Shown: piece by piece, positions 45,186 through 46,090 of the stretch
How the letters are laid out: every line of letters begins with the position of its first letter
How positions within the stretch are numbered: the first letter of the stretch is position 1
Origin: a virus
Taxonomy: Duplodnaviria > Caudoviricetes
Reading direction: 5' to 3' (one strand)
Length of the DNA stretch: 46,090 nt
IMG/VR virus record: IMGVR_UViG_3300037423_001455
Span: 1-46,090 of that record
Made by a program: the position numbers and the translations under genes
The notes under the pieces: generated by a model
Told to the model about the DNA's origin: nothing
Databases searched by the model: none
What the model saw: the letters and a program-made list of their open reading frames with translations, nothing else

Positions 45186-45619
45186 CATTGCTCGTTCGCG
45201 ACGCGCTTCACCAGGCGCAGGTCCAGCGACCGGCCCAGCGCCTGCAACGCTGCGTTGATGCTGTCGATCTTCGTGGCGTGCTTCAGGTCTACGAGCCTGG
45301 TGACCTCCTGGGGCGTCTTGCCCATCCTGCGCGCCAGGTCGATCGGCCGAACCTCCTGCTTGATCATCTCGTTCAGCAGGAGCACCTTGGCCGCAACGCT
45401 GGCGGGCAATTCCACCAGCGGCTGGCCCTTGGCCGCCTTCGAGGGCATCGGCACCGGCCGGCGGTCTTCGAAATAGAACTCCATGGCGGTGGCCAGGGCG
45501 TCGGCCGCCATTTCCAAGGCTTCCTCCTGCGTCTTGCCGGACGTGTTGGCCTCCGGGATATCCGGGAAGGTCACCATCCAGCCATCACCATCGGGCTGCA
45601 GATCAGCGGGATAGAACAT
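45185..45619 (-). CDS. hicB: HicB antitoxin with C-terminal HTH
   Basis: VTFPDIPEANTSGKTQEEALEMAADAL; DLARRMGKTPQEVTRL. Confidence 0.93.
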   Translation of the reverse strand: MFYPADLQPDGDGWMVTFPDIPEANTSGKTQEEALEMAADALATAMEFYFEDRRPVPMPSKAAKGQPLVELPASVAAKVLLLNEMIKQEVRPIDLARRMGKTPQEVTRLVDLKHATKIDSINAALQALGRSLDLRLVKRVANEQ

Positions 45620-45673
45620 AAGAACTCGACTCCACTTCGCGAGCGTGGAAGGGAGGGGCCGGAGCCCCTCCTT

Positions 45674-45850
45674 TCACTTCAGCCCCAACTGCTTCAGGAT
45701 CCTCTGTCGCAGCCCCTCGCCAATCTCATGGCTCGGGTGGCGGGGCAGCGTGGTCTGCTTTCCGTTCAGGTAGACCTTCAAGTGCTTGGTGCCCTCCTCG
45801 AATGTCGCCCCTTGGGCAGCGAGCCATCGCCTGAACTCGCTCTGTTTCAT
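45674..45850 (-). CDS. hicA: HicA toxin (allele 2)
   Basis: 58 aa; GTKH, LPRHP; upstream of hicB. Confidence 0.92.
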   Translation of the reverse strand: MKQSEFRRWLAAQGATFEEGTKHLKVYLNGKQTTLPRHPSHEIGEGLRQRILKQLGLK

Positions 45851-46090
45851 CGTCTCCTCAGGTGTTGAACATGGGAGAATGATAAACAAAAATGTGGAAT
45901 TCAAAAGGACATTGATTCAACAATTTTGCGGAATCCGACTAGCGGCAGAGTGGCCGCAGTGGTGCGGGCGTCGATAGCTGCCGCACTTGATCTGCGCCCT
46001 GCAGCGTGTATGGTGATCCGTCAGCGCAGCGACGAGGAGCGGAAATGGACTACTCGGATTACCTGATCGCCAAGCTGATCTTGATTGCTG
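45691..46090. repeat. Imperfect direct repeat, copy 2
   Basis: Aligns to 1-401. Confidence 0.97.

Noticed and set aside
45691-46090. True virion terminal repeat
   Set aside because: Copies differ, and the GpA-type terminase plus cos-like site argue for cohesive ends elsewhere

Overview
The window is essentially one genome-length (~45.7 kb), high-GC temperate siphophage. It has lambda-type head genes, a non-contractile tail and a primase/SF3-helicase replicon; a betaproteobacterial host is my inference. It reads as a circular permutation, or a tandem-prophage junction, that starts and ends in a hicAB locus. Bases 1-401 recur at 45691-46090, and all differences cluster in a ~150 bp patch. An attP-like site lies at about 2720-2970: the 3' half of tRNA-Leu(TAA), flanked on both sides by TGTTCCGCAA arm repeats. 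Gene order: accessory end region (OB-less ATP-dependent ligase, small Zn-binding proteins, hairpin-rich spacer); att; Schlafen/AlbA_2 gene; int/xis; long leftward early operon (J-domain, Lar, DUF1643, ParB); cI/cro/cII switch with clear operators; primase, helicase and iteron origin; cos-like site; terminase; Mor-like activator with two matching late promoters; head; tail with a -1 frameshift; acetylesterase tail spike; an unusual lysis region (zinc-knuckle microprotein, papain-like protease, lipoprotein pair, no recognisable Rz/Rz1); hicBA. The best candidates for new biology are the Schlafen-domain gene that would fall directly downstream of the host tRNA-Leu(TAA) only after integration, and the non-canonical lysis cassette. 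All protein calls rest on motifs, synteny and recall; no database searches were run.
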